Notes under the pieces: model-generated
Database searches by the model: none
Told to the model about the DNA's origin: nothing
What the model saw: only the letters and a program-made list of their open reading frames with translations
Shown here: in pieces, positions 20,715-29,950 of the stretch
Position numbering within the stretch: the first letter of the stretch is position 1
Layout: the number at the start of each line of letters is the position of its first letter
IMG/VR virus record: IMGVR_UViG_3300037225_000932
Location: 1-64,000 of that record
DNA from: a virus
Strand: one strand, 5' to 3'
DNA length: 64,000 bases
Made by a program: the position numbers and the translations under genes

Positions 20715-20885
20715 GGAAGTGAATTATTTGTAAGGTTTGGCAAAAATAAAGTGTATAAATTTCCTTTTTAGGAAACACTAACGTAGGGATCTATTTGCCA
20801 AGGAATAATAAGCTCAACCTCTTGGTTATTTAAAAAAATAATCTATATATAAATGATCCCTCGTAGGTGTCTCAACCAAGATACT
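20715..20885 (+). ncRNA. candidate pseudoknotted RNA / leader upstream of the peptidase
   Basis: Interleaved complementary pairs 20737-44/20794-801, 20781-91/20855-64, 20820-27/20874-81. Confidence 0.35.
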
Positions 20886-20903
20886 TAAAAAAGGAATACA
20901 TTA

Positions 20904-21659
20904 ATGGCTAAACACTTTTATGGATGGAAAAGAGATTTACCTGATCAAAAAGACTTCTTATTTTTAATAGATAAAACGGTAAAAATTCCTATACAAGTAG
21001 ACTTAAGACCTTCATGTCCAGCGGTTTACGACCAGGGTCAACTTGGAGCGTGCGTGTCAAATGCTGTGGCTGGAGCTATGGAATATGATGCTACTAAAGA
21101 ACAGTTATCAACAGCAAATACTATGCCGTCAAGATTATTTATTTATTATAATGGAAGAGTTATTGAAGGAACGGTTAATAGTGATAGTGGATTAACCATA
21201 AGAGATGGAATGAAATCTGTAGCTCAATATGGAGAATGTATGGCTCCATCATGGCCTTATATAATAGCTAATTTTGAGAAAAAACCAACAGCAAAATGTT
21301 ACGCAGAAGCTAAAGCTCATTTGCCAACGGTTTATTCTAGTGTAGCGCAAAATCTTACTACAATGAAATCTTGTTTAGCTTCTGGATACCCAATCGTAAT
21401 AGGTATTTCTGTTTATGACTCTTTTGAATCGGATAGTGTAGCTAAAACAGGCATAGTTCCTCTTCCAAAGAAAAATGAAAGTATTTTAGGAGGTCATGCT
21501 CTTTTGATAGTTGGTTATGATGATTCTAAGAGTTGGTTTATAGTTAGAAATAGTTGGGGAGCAAATTGGGGCGTTAAAGGATATTGTTTTATGCCTTATA
21601 ATTATTTAACAAATAAAAATTTGGCTTCAGATTTTTGGACAGTTAAAACGGTGTCATAA
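20904..21659 (+). CDS. papain-family (C1A) cysteine peptidase
   Basis: DQGQLGAC, GGHALLIVGY, RNSWG catalytic motifs. Confidence 0.92.
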   Translation: MAKHFYGWKRDLPDQKDFLFLIDKTVKIPIQVDLRPSCPAVYDQGQLGACVSNAVAGAMEYDATKEQLSTANTMPSRLFIYYNGRVIEGTVNSDSGLTIRDGMKSVAQYGECMAPSWPYIIANFEKKPTAKCYAEAKAHLPTVYSSVAQNLTTMKSCLASGYPIVIGISVYDSFESDSVAKTGIVPLPKKNESILGGHALLIVGYDDSKSWFIVRNSWGANWGVKGYCFMPYNYLTNKNLASDFWTVKTVS

Positions 21660-21796
21660 TATATGATATATTTAAAAGAACAACCAGAACAGCCTAAGAA
21701 ATATCGTATAAAAACGGGATAGATATTTTATTAAAATAGTTTCAATAAAAAACATCCCATTAAAAAGGATGTTATTTTATTTTGCGAAAAAAAAAT

Positions 21797-22267
21797 ATGA
21801 ATGATGTATTTCATGTAAAAGTTGAACCAGTTATTGACTATAAAATGAGAGGATTATGTTGTAAACCTTATCCTTTACATAAAAATGGATGCCCAAATTT
21901 TCATAAGAAAAAAGGATGTCCACCAGATGCCCCAAAATTTGAAGATATAATAGATAGCAATAAACCAATATACGCAATATATAATAAGTTCAATTTTGAA
22001 GAACATACATTAAAGATGAAAGATAAACATCCAGAATGGACGAAAAGACAAGTAGAATGTTGTCTATACTGGCAACCAAAGGCAAGGAAATTACTTAAAG
22101 AAAAAATAAAAAAGTTTTTGGAAATTTTCCCGGATATGAATATAATAAGTTGTCCAGAGGCTTGTGGAGTAAATATAACAGAAACTATGAAAAATGCCGG
22201 TATAATACTAGAGTGGCCTCCTCAAAAATATACTTATCAAATAGTGTTTGCGGTTTATGAAAAATAA
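21797..22267 (+). CDS. DUF2284-like metal-binding protein
   Basis: CPNF..GCPP..CC..PEACGVNI; ATG at 21797 preferred. Confidence 0.6.
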   Translation: MNDVFHVKVEPVIDYKMRGLCCKPYPLHKNGCPNFHKKKGCPPDAPKFEDIIDSNKPIYAIYNKFNFEEHTLKMKDKHPEWTKRQVECCLYWQPKARKLLKEKIKKFLEIFPDMNIISCPEACGVNITETMKNAGIILEWPPQKYTYQIVFAVYEK

Positions 22268-22273
22268 ATAATA

Positions 22274-22359
22274 CGGAGTTTAGCTCAGTTTGGTCAGAGC
22301 GTCCGGCCTGGGACCGGAAGGCAATATTGTTTACACAGGTTCGAATCCTGTAACTCCGA
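22274..22359 (+). tRNA. tRNA-Pro(UGG) with a long variable arm
   Basis: CGGAGTT/AACTCCG acceptor, TCCGG-CCTGGGA-CCGGA anticodon arm, GGTTCGAATCC T-arm; 16-nt variable region; no encoded CCA. Confidence 0.85.
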
Positions 22360-22363
22360 TTGA

Positions 22364-23830
22364 ATGAAAATTTTACTTGTATATCCTCAATTAAATAATA
22401 TAATTTCTATTGGATTTTTAGAACCTTTAGTTTTAGAAATATTTTCTGCTATAGCTAAACAAGAAAAATGTGAAACAGAAATATTAGATTTACGTATAGA
22501 AAAAAATGGTCTTAAAACATTATATAAGAAAAAATATATTCCTGACCTAGTGGCTTTATCTACTCACGGATATGCTGAAATAAAAAATATCAACAAAATA
22601 GCAAAACAGTGTAAATCTTATTGGAAAAATGCTAAAGTTATTGTTGGAGGAGGGCAATGTGCTCTTTCTCCTTGGTTTTTTGATAAAAACAATATAGATC
22701 ATTTAGTTCAAGGTCCAGGAGAAAATATATGGAGAAATATTTGTAAAAATGGATTAAATAGTAAAGAATATTTACTCAAAGATGATAATTTGCCAAAAGA
22801 ATATAGTTATCCATTACCTGATAGAGAAATAACTCTTAAATATAAGAAATATTATAAAGAAATGTCTGGACTGCCAGCAACTATGATGCCTATGACACAG
22901 GGATGTCCTTTTAAGTGTTCTTTTTGTGCAGTTTGGAAGGCATCTTTAGGATTGTATAGAAAGAGACCAATTAAAGAAATAATAGCAGAACTTAAAACTA
23001 TAAAAGATCCTGTAGTATATATAAGTGATGATAACACACTTGCTGATTCTGAATTTTCTAAAAAAATAATAGAAGAAATAAAATTAGCAGGAATAAAAAA
23101 AATGTATGTAGCTTATGGAAGAGCAGACCATATTTGTAAACATCCAGAGAATATTAAATTGTGGTCAGAAATAGGTTTGAAAAGTATAATTGTTGGAGTA
23201 GAAGCTGTTGTAGATTCTAATTTAGAAAAGTTTAATAAAAAAACATCGGTAGATGAAAACAGTAGAGCACTAAATATATTAAGAGACAATAATATAACTC
23301 CAATTGCTCATTTTATTTTAACTCCTGAAATGAAAAGAGAAGATTATGATAAGATTTACGATTTTATTTGTGAACATAAATTGTTTTTTCCAATAATTGT
23401 TCCGCTGACACCCTTACCGGGAACAACAGACTATGATTATTATCACGAAAAAGGATTAATATTAACTGACCAACTAGATTATTATACTTTTAATTATAAT
23501 GTAATACAACCAAAATATATGACTATAAAAGAGTCAGTTAAAGAATATGAAAGATTATGGAAAAAAATATGGTCATTTGAGAGATGGTTAAATAATAGAC
23601 AATGCTCTTTTTATGTTTTCTTAAAAAGTTTTATACAAATAAGATTATATTTATGGAGAATAGGTCTAAAACGAAAAAAAATGATAATAAATTTGCCAAA
23701 TAGTGTAGTAGAAGCACGGCTTCCTCTGAAGGAGTCAGTCCCGGGGCAGAACCAGGTTTGGCAGTTAAATATAGATGAGGTAAAATATGTCACAAAAACA
23801 AAAAATGAAAGAAATGAGAAAACTCTTTAG
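22364..23830 (+). CDS. cobalamin-binding radical SAM enzyme
   Basis: B12-binding N-domain (VGGGQ), GCPFKCSFC CxxxCxxC, DDN, TPLPGT; true end probably 23684 (TGA TAA TAA one base out of frame after an A8 run). Confidence 0.85.
   Translation: MKILLVYPQLNNIISIGFLEPLVLEIFSAIAKQEKCETEILDLRIEKNGLKTLYKKKYIPDLVALSTHGYAEIKNINKIAKQCKSYWKNAKVIVGGGQCALSPWFFDKNNIDHLVQGPGENIWRNICKNGLNSKEYLLKDDNLPKEYSYPLPDREITLKYKKYYKEMSGLPATMMPMTQGCPFKCSFCAVWKASLGLYRKRPIKEIIAELKTIKDPVVYISDDNTLADSEFSKKIIEEIKLAGIKKMYVAYGRADHICKHPENIKLWSEIGLKSIIVGVEAVVDSNLEKFNKKTSVDENSRALNILRDNNITPIAHFILTPEMKREDYDKIYDFICEHKLFFPIIVPLTPLPGTTDYDYYHEKGLILTDQLDYYTFNYNVIQPKYMTIKESVKEYERLWKKIWSFERWLNNRQCSFYVFLKSFIQIRLYLWRIGLKRKKMIINLPNSVVEARLPLKESVPGQNQVWQLNIDEVKYVTKTKNERNEKTL
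23694..23764 (+). tRNA. tRNA-Gln(CUG)
   Basis: TGCCAAA/TTTGGCA acceptor + G73, GCTTC-CTCTGAA-GGAGT anticodon arm; atypical T-loop GGCAGAA. Confidence 0.7.
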
Positions 23831-24074
23831 AGAAGGCGTCTTTAAGAGAGATGGCTTTAAATGTGTTTTCTGTGAAGAAAAGAGAAATTTAGACGCCCAC
23901 CATATTATTAACAGGAAAAAAATAATATTTGATGGATATACGATTTTTAATGGGATAACACTTTGTCCAAAACATCACTGGGATGCTGAAGATGGAATTT
24001 TGAGTGAAGATTTTCTTTTTGCAAAAATAAATTCAAGTAAAGAAAAAGCAGTAAAGGATTTGCTAAACAAATAA
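23787..24074 (+). CDS. small HNH endonuclease
   Basis: RDGFKCVFC..LDAHHII..NGITLCPKHH. Confidence 0.85.
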   Translation: MSQKQKMKEMRKLFREGVFKRDGFKCVFCEEKRNLDAHHIINRKKIIFDGYTIFNGITLCPKHHWDAEDGILSEDFLFAKINSSKEKAVKDLLNK

Positions 24075-24140
24075 AATAAGTATATAATAATATATTGGGC
24101 AGTAGAGTAACGGCTATCTCACCTGACTTTTTGTGACTTT

Positions 24141-24211
24141 TGCCCTTTAGTGTAATAGTAGCACTAGACCCTTTGGAGGTTTCGGTCTCCGTTCAAATCG
24201 GAGAAGGGCAG
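24141..24211 (+). tRNA. tRNA-Gln(UUG), nested inside the split tRNA
   Basis: TGCCCTT/AAGGGCA + G73, AGACC-CTTTGGA-GGTTT, CTCCG-TTCAAAT-CGGAG. Confidence 0.85.
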
Positions 24212-24315
24212 TTTGAATAGAACTTATTGTTTGGTAGTTTAATAAAATAAAAGAGGAATGTAATACCAATGATAGTATACATATTATGGCTCACTAATAT
24301 TTTGGAGAACATAAT

Positions 24316-25173
24316 ATGGATATTTCAAGAAAGAAAAGTTTAATTTGGAAAATATCAAAAGAACAATTTGTAGAGATAATAAAAAATGGAACATCTTTTA
24401 TGGAAATATTATCTCATTTTGGATTAAAAAATAAAGGTAATAATCATAAAACATTAAAAGATAGAATAAATTATGAAAAATTAGACATTTCTCATATATA
24501 TGAGAATATGCGTAGAAGAAATAAAGAAATATGTAGTAATATGAGATCTGCTATTAAAAAACCTATTGAATTATTTCTCGTAGAACATTGTAAGGTAAAT
24601 AGAACTGCATTAAAGAAAAGATTGATAAGAGAAAAAATATTAAAAGAAGAATGTGAAAAATGTGGAATAAAAAATGAATGGAAAGGAAATTATCTATCTT
24701 TAGTATTAGATCATAAAAATGGAGTTAGTGATGATTATAGACTTGATAATTTAAGATTATTATGCCCAAACTGTAATAGTCAAACGGATACTTTTACTGG
24801 CAGAAATAGAAAAGATAAAAGGACAAAAAGAAAATGTATAAAATGTGGAAAAGACATATGTTCAGTAAATAGATCTGGATTTTGTTTTATGTGCTATCAT
24901 TTAGATTTATGTAATTTTAATAAAAACTATACTGAAGACAATATTATATATAAAAAAATAGATTTAGAAAATAAAAAAATAAATAAAAGAAAAACAATAT
25001 GGCCAACAAAAGAAGTTTTAGAAAAACTGATAACAGAAAAACCTTTTACAATAATAGGAAAAGATTTTGGAGTATCAGGTAGTGCTATAAAAAAATGGTG
25101 TAAAAAATTAGGAGTAGAAATACCAAAAAATAGACGAGGATATTGGACAAAAATAAAGTATAATAAAATTTAA
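24316..25173 (+). CDS. HNH homing endonuclease with Zn ribbon and C-terminal HTH
   Basis: CEKCG..LVLDHKNG..NLRLLCPNCNSQT; CIKCG..CFMC; IGKDFGVSGSAIKKWCKKLG. Confidence 0.9.
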   Translation: MDISRKKSLIWKISKEQFVEIIKNGTSFMEILSHFGLKNKGNNHKTLKDRINYEKLDISHIYENMRRRNKEICSNMRSAIKKPIELFLVEHCKVNRTALKKRLIREKILKEECEKCGIKNEWKGNYLSLVLDHKNGVSDDYRLDNLRLLCPNCNSQTDTFTGRNRKDKRTKRKCIKCGKDICSVNRSGFCFMCYHLDLCNFNKNYTEDNIIYKKIDLENKKINKRKTIWPTKEVLEKLITEKPFTIIGKDFGVSGSAIKKWCKKLGVEIPKNRRGYWTKIKYNKI

Positions 25174-25221
25174 ACGGATCAGAAAATTAGTGGTTCGATC
25201 CCACTTTGCCCAGTTCTATGG

Positions 25222-25458
25222 TTGAAATTCAATATAAACAATGTCGTCTTAAAAAAAGGCAATCAACTAATTATTTGCTGGATACCTAAAAGTTTTTGCA
25301 CAAAAGAAAAATATTTACAACTAAAAATCAATGATAAGTGGGAAAATGGGTGGAAAGTAGAAAGTATAGGAGATAGAGTTTTATCAGAAAGTGTTTTAGT
25401 TTTTCAGTTTCAGGACTATAAAAGAATTGGTGGATCGTTAAAAAATCCAATTAAATAA
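25222..25458 (+). CDS. hypothetical protein
   Basis: 78-aa ORF between tRNAs; start uncertain. Confidence 0.45.
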   Translation: MKFNINNVVLKKGNQLIICWIPKSFCTKEKYLQLKINDKWENGWKVESIGDRVLSESVLVFQFQDYKRIGGSLKNPIK

Positions 25459-25462
25459 AGAT

Positions 25463-25534
25463 GGCCCTATAGTTCATGTAATAGAATTCGAGACCTTCAA
25501 TCTCAGGAACCGGATGTAAGTCCCGGTAGGGCTA
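25463..25534 (+). tRNA. tRNA-Glu(UUC)
   Basis: GGCCCTA/TAGGGCT, GAGA-CCTTCAA-TCTC; atypical T-loop TGTAAGT and C33. Confidence 0.7.
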
Positions 25535-25566
25535 TTTAAGTTTCTTACTTTGTTCTTTGATATTTT

Positions 25567-25940
25567 GGGCCGATATAGGCACTCGACTGGTAAAGATGAT
25601 ACTAAAGTGCAATCCGAAGTTTAACTACTTGGCTTCGTTAAAAAAGAGTTAAAAAATAACTGCTAATACTGAATTAGCTCTTGCCGCCTAATATGGCGAC
25701 ACTTTCTTTTGATAATCTCTAATAGTCAAAAAGAAAGAAAACATTAGAGATAACCTTTTTCCCTATTAAGGCAAATTGTAGGGCGTTATTTATACGAAAT
25801 TAAAAGTAGTTTTATAATATACTTAATTATGAAATGAAAACCTAAAGTATATTTTTGACAATTTTAGAAAAAATTGCTATAATTGTAGTATCTTTAGTTT
25901 GTTTTTATTCAGGACGGGGGTTCAATTCCCCCTCGGTCCA
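25567..25940 (+). ncRNA. ssrA: tmRNA, tag peptide (A)ANTELALAA*
   Basis: GGGCCGA/TCGGTCC acceptor with G3-U70, TCGAC..GGAC ends, GGGGGTTCAATTCCCCC T-arm; resume context ATAACT-GCT at 25662, stop 25689-25691. Confidence 0.92.
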
Positions 25941-25951
25941 TTAGGATTTTT

Positions 25952-26023
25952 GTCCCTGTATTTTATGAATTAAAATCTCTGGTTCTCAGCCAGAAAAACC
26001 GAGTGAAAGTCTCGGCAGGGATA
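25952..26023 (+). tRNA. tRNA-Glu(CUC)
   Basis: GTCCCTG/CAGGGAT, TCTGG-TTCTCAG-CCAGA, CCGAG-TGAAAGT-CTCGG. Confidence 0.7.
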
Positions 26024-26063
26024 TTTTTTGTAAAGTGCCTTTCTTTTAACATATCATAGGGAT

Positions 26064-26675
26064 ATGGTTGATCCAACAAAAATTACAGATTATAATAGAA
26101 ATAATTACGATTTAGAAGAATTGATTTTATTTTGTGTAGCTGTTGCTGGAAAAACAGCAAAAGTCATATCTAAAAAAATAGATATATTTTTACAAGACAT
26201 AAAATTTTTTTTAGGCAAAAATAATATAACTCCTTTTGAAATGATAAAATTATTATCTCAAGATAAACTTGATCTCTTTTTAAGAAAACACAAATTAGGC
26301 AAATATAAAACTTTAGCGGATTGCTATTACAAATTAGCACATTCCGGTTTAGATTTAAGAAAATGTAATATAGACGATTTAATGACGTTTTCTGGAATTG
26401 GTCCTAAAACTTCAAGATTTTTCATTTTATCAACTCGACCAAAAGCTAAAGTAGCAGTATTAGATACTCATATCTTAAAATATATTTCTAAAAATTCATC
26501 TTTAGAAAATGTTCCACTACGCACTCCCTCTGCTTCTAAAAAATATAAAGAATTAGAAGACTGGTTTTTAATACACTGTGAAAAATTGAATGTTGATGTA
26601 GCAGAATACGACTTAAAAATATGGAACCAATCGTCTGTTAGGTCTGGATTTTTTGGAGTAAAACATGATTATTGA
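26064..26675 (+). CDS. HhH DNA glycosylase (8-oxoguanine glycosylase Ogg2-like)
   Basis: SGIGPKTSRFFIL helix-hairpin-helix, AVLDTHIL, KYKELE, YDLKIW. Confidence 0.75.
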   Translation: MVDPTKITDYNRNNYDLEELILFCVAVAGKTAKVISKKIDIFLQDIKFFLGKNNITPFEMIKLLSQDKLDLFLRKHKLGKYKTLADCYYKLAHSGLDLRKCNIDDLMTFSGIGPKTSRFFILSTRPKAKVAVLDTHILKYISKNSSLENVPLRTPSASKKYKELEDWFLIHCEKLNVDVAEYDLKIWNQSSVRSGFFGVKHDY

Positions 26676-26716
26676 TTGTTGTGAATTAAAAATCTCCAAA
26701 TCTCGATAAATAGATA

Positions 26717-27469
26717 TTGAGATTGGAGAAAAATATGGAAAATCAAAATATAAATGACATCTTATTAGACGAAAATGTAAAAAAGGTTGCTACAGAAATT
26801 TTATCATCTTTTAATGAAGATAATAGAGAAAACTCTATTGATCACGATTTTAGTCTAAAAAATGGAAAAATGATTAGTAAAGAAAGTAATACTTTTTTTA
26901 CTTTTACACCTAAAAAAGATACACTTTTAAATTTAATTGCACAAAAAATAAGAGATATAGAAATAACAGAAAAGTTAACAAAAGAAGTAAAAACCTTTGA
27001 GGATAAAGTTAAAAAATATATAAACGATAATATGTCATATTTTTTTGCGCAAAAAATTAGAGATGTTATATTAAAAGCAAATAGTAATACTGGACCAGTT
27101 CCTATAAGTGTTTTGTTTCCATTAAAAACAATAAAAGTTATTTCTTTTGAATTAAATATGTCTTTCGATCCAGAAAAAGATGGAGGATATACTATAACTA
27201 TTCAAAAGCAAGTCCCAAAAGGAACAAAATATGTTCCTTCAAAGTCGGTAGCAAACGATATGATACAAACAAGATTATCTACTGAAAAGGATTATGATCA
27301 AATAATAAAAGAAAAAAAAGAAGCAGGAGATATTGATTATAAATATATTACCGGATACTATAAAAAATATTATGAAGAAGAATATAGTTTAAGTTTATAT
27401 GTTGATTATTCTCCTATTCCTCAAAATGAATTAGTAGAATATATTAAAAATAGCACAAAATCATCTTGA
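26717..27469 (+). CDS. hypothetical protein
   Basis: 250-aa ORF; likely start MENQN after SD ggaga. Confidence 0.7.
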   Translation: MRLEKNMENQNINDILLDENVKKVATEILSSFNEDNRENSIDHDFSLKNGKMISKESNTFFTFTPKKDTLLNLIAQKIRDIEITEKLTKEVKTFEDKVKKYINDNMSYFFAQKIRDVILKANSNTGPVPISVLFPLKTIKVISFELNMSFDPEKDGGYTITIQKQVPKGTKYVPSKSVANDMIQTRLSTEKDYDQIIKEKKEAGDIDYKYITGYYKKYYEEEYSLSLYVDYSPIPQNELVEYIKNSTKSS

Positions 27470-27499
27470 AAAAATAACAAAATGATGATATAATATCAG

Positions 27500-28116
27500 A
27501 TGAAAGAATATCCAAAAATACCCAATTCAAAAGATTTTCCTCTTGGACAGTGTATTACCTTTGAGAAGTATGATGGTTCAAATATAAGAGCCGAATGGAC
27601 TAAGAAAAAAGGCTTTCATAAATTCGGAACAAGAACACGTCTTTTTAATGAAAGTGATCCAGATTTTGGATGTGCTATACCTATAATTTTGGAAACATAT
27701 TCAGAATGTTTGTCAAAAATATTCATAGATAATAATTTATTTAAGAAAATAGATAATATAACTATATTTACTGAATTTTTTGGAGAACATTCGTTTGGGG
27801 GACTACATTTGCCAAGTGATAAAAAAGAAGTTATACTATTCGATGTTTGGATATATAAATTCGGATTATTAGGTCCAGAAGTTTTTGTTAAAACTTTTGA
27901 AAATATAAAAAGCGCAAAAGTTATATATATAAAGGTAAATTTAACGGAAACTTTACTGAAGATATTAGAAATGGAAAATATCCGGTTAAAGAAGGAGTGG
28001 TTTGTAAATCAGGAAATGGTGGAAGAAATTTATTTATGTGCAAAATAAAAACATACAAATATCTTGAAAAATTAAAAGCAGTTTTTCACGATAAGTGGAT
28101 GAATTTTTGGGAATAA
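27500..28116 (+). CDS. ATP-dependent RNA ligase, frameshifted at a (TA)n tract
   Basis: YPKI, KYDGSN (motif I), EFFG, LFDV; motifs IV EGVVCK and V KIK continue in the -1 frame after 27921-27931, to TAA at 28114-28116. Confidence 0.8.
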
Positions 28117-28119
28117 ATT

Positions 28120-28788
28120 ATGAATAACCTGTCTATTTGTATTTGGAATAAAGGATTTTATAAAAGATTATCTTATGTTTTATCTTCTTTAGTTCAATGT
28201 AGTTTTAAAGGAGATGTTTTAATTTCTTGTTTTTCACAAGATTCATATTTTTCTTTTTGCGAAAAATTAAAAGAATTATTTGGTAAACAATTAGATCTAA
28301 AAATAAGAATTTATAATGATGACTTACATTATACTCAAAGAAACTATTGTCGTAGTGATGATATAAAAACCTCAGATAAAGATTGGTTATTTTTTGCTGA
28401 TTCTGATAATGTTTTTTATAATAATTTTTTTATAGAATTACAAAATAAAATAGATATTAATAAAGAAAAAGTTCTTTATTCTATGACCAGATGGACAATG
28501 GAAGAAAATAGTGGAAACATATTAACTCCTGAAGTAAAATATTATGACAATGCCTATGATAATGCTAAAAAACATATAGTTCATTTAAGTGGACACGGAA
28601 TAATAAGAGGAGCAGGATATTGTCAAATAGTGAGAAGAAAAGACTGTAATATATATTGTTTAAGAAAGAATGGATTTATCGGAGATATACACTTTAGAAG
28701 AAATTTTAAAGTAGAAAAAATAGAGATGAAAGAACATCTTGTTCATCTTCAGCATAATCGTTTATATAAAAATGGAGAATTAAGGTGA
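28120..28788 (+). CDS. GT-A (GT2-like) glycosyltransferase
   Basis: DWLFFADSDN DxD, GYCQ, GDIHF, HLQH. Confidence 0.65.
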   Translation: MNNLSICIWNKGFYKRLSYVLSSLVQCSFKGDVLISCFSQDSYFSFCEKLKELFGKQLDLKIRIYNDDLHYTQRNYCRSDDIKTSDKDWLFFADSDNVFYNNFFIELQNKIDINKEKVLYSMTRWTMEENSGNILTPEVKYYDNAYDNAKKHIVHLSGHGIIRGAGYCQIVRRKDCNIYCLRKNGFIGDIHFRRNFKVEKIEMKEHLVHLQHNRLYKNGELR

Positions 28789-28789
28789 T

Positions 28790-29950
28790 ATGTTAAATAT
28801 TAGTCCTTTATATATAGATATAAAAAAAACAACAAAGACATTACCGATAAGATCTCCTATTAACAATAAATCAGAAAGAAATGACATAGGGGTATTTAAT
28901 GGAGGAAGAGAAAGAAATGTAGGGTTTAAAATTGGACAATATTTACAATCGGCACCAATGCTTTTTACAAGAGATAGACACGCTTTATATCTTGGAGATA
29001 TTTATAGAGGAAGAACTTGTTTTTTAATAGGTGGCGGTCCATCTTTTGCCAAGGTAGATAAAGAAAAATTAAATCAAGCTGGTTTTTTAACTATGGGAGT
29101 AAATAACTCCGTTAAAACTTTTAGACCACACCTTTGGTGTTGTGTAGATGATCCCACTCATTTTATAAAATCAATATGGCTCGATCCTAAAATAATGAAG
29201 TTTGTTCCATTTTCTTTAAAAGAAAGATGTATTTTTGATAATGAGGAATGGAAAGATACCACTATTAAAGTTGGCGATTGTCCTAATATGTTTTTTTACG
29301 CAAGAAATGAACTTTTTCAAGAAGAACAATTTTTATTTGAAGATTCAATAAATTGGGGAAATCATTCCAAGTGGGGAGGAGGTAGATCTGTTTTATTTGC
29401 TGCTACTAGATTGTTGTTTTATCTTGGTATCAGAAATGTTTTTCTTTTAGGCGTAGACCTAAAAATGGATGAACAAAATAAATATCATTTTGATCAAGAT
29501 AGAGAGAAAGGATCAATAAAAAGTAATAATTCTACATACGAAAAAATTAAAGAAAGATTTAAAAAAATAAAACCAATTTTTGATAAAAATAATTTTAATA
29601 TTTATAACTGTAATTTTGAGTCAGAACTAAAAGTTTTTCCATTTGTTTCTTTTGATGATGCTATTCAATTTGCCACTTCAGAAATGCCAAAAGACCTTTC
29701 AAAAGAAAGAACGTCAGGATTATACGAGAGAACTGCTAAAATTAAAAAAGAAAAAGAAAATATAGATAACACAAAAACAGATATCATAATAAAAGAAATA
29801 GACGAAGAAAAGAAAGAGTTAGTAAAATATGAATTTGATACATTTAATAAGGAACAAACAAAAGAAATCTTGGATAAAAAAACAGAAATGAGAAATAAAA
29901 TAAAAGAGAAAAAAGATATTCTTAATAAAATAAGAGGGAAAAATGGATAA
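28790..29950 (+). CDS. DUF115/Maf-like (MptE-fold) sugar transferase-like protein
   Basis: CFLIGGGPS, MGVNN, WCCVDD, LLGVD, IYNCN. Confidence 0.65.
   Translation: MLNISPLYIDIKKTTKTLPIRSPINNKSERNDIGVFNGGRERNVGFKIGQYLQSAPMLFTRDRHALYLGDIYRGRTCFLIGGGPSFAKVDKEKLNQAGFLTMGVNNSVKTFRPHLWCCVDDPTHFIKSIWLDPKIMKFVPFSLKERCIFDNEEWKDTTIKVGDCPNMFFYARNELFQEEQFLFEDSINWGNHSKWGGGRSVLFAATRLLFYLGIRNVFLLGVDLKMDEQNKYHFDQDREKGSIKSNNSTYEKIKERFKKIKPIFDKNNFNIYNCNFESELKVFPFVSFDDAIQFATSEMPKDLSKERTSGLYERTAKIKKEKENIDNTKTDIIIKEIDEEKKELVKYEFDTFNKEQTKEILDKKTEMRNKIKEKKDILNKIRGKNG

Larger units (their letters stand above)
24131..25175 (+). mobile_element. about 1045-nt insertion (tRNA-Gln + HNH) inside a tRNA anticodon loop
   Basis: Bounded precisely by the two tRNA halves. 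Confidence 0.65.
24096..25213 (+). tRNA. split tRNA, most likely Gln(UUG): 5' half 24096-24130, 3' half 25176-25213
   Basis: TGGGCAG/TTGCCCA acceptor + G73, GAG/CTC D-stem, CTGA-CTTT|GGA-TCAG anticodon arm, AGTGG-TTCGATC-CCACT T-arm. Confidence 0.75.

Noticed and set aside
23685-23830. True dual coding of tRNA-Gln(CUG) within the radical SAM C-terminus
   Set aside because: A triple stop lies one base out of frame right after an A8 run, so an indel is more likely.
24131-25175. Group I intron in the tRNA
   Set aside because: The HNH stop is 2 nt from the 3' half and no conserved core elements are visible; not excluded without a covariance-model search.
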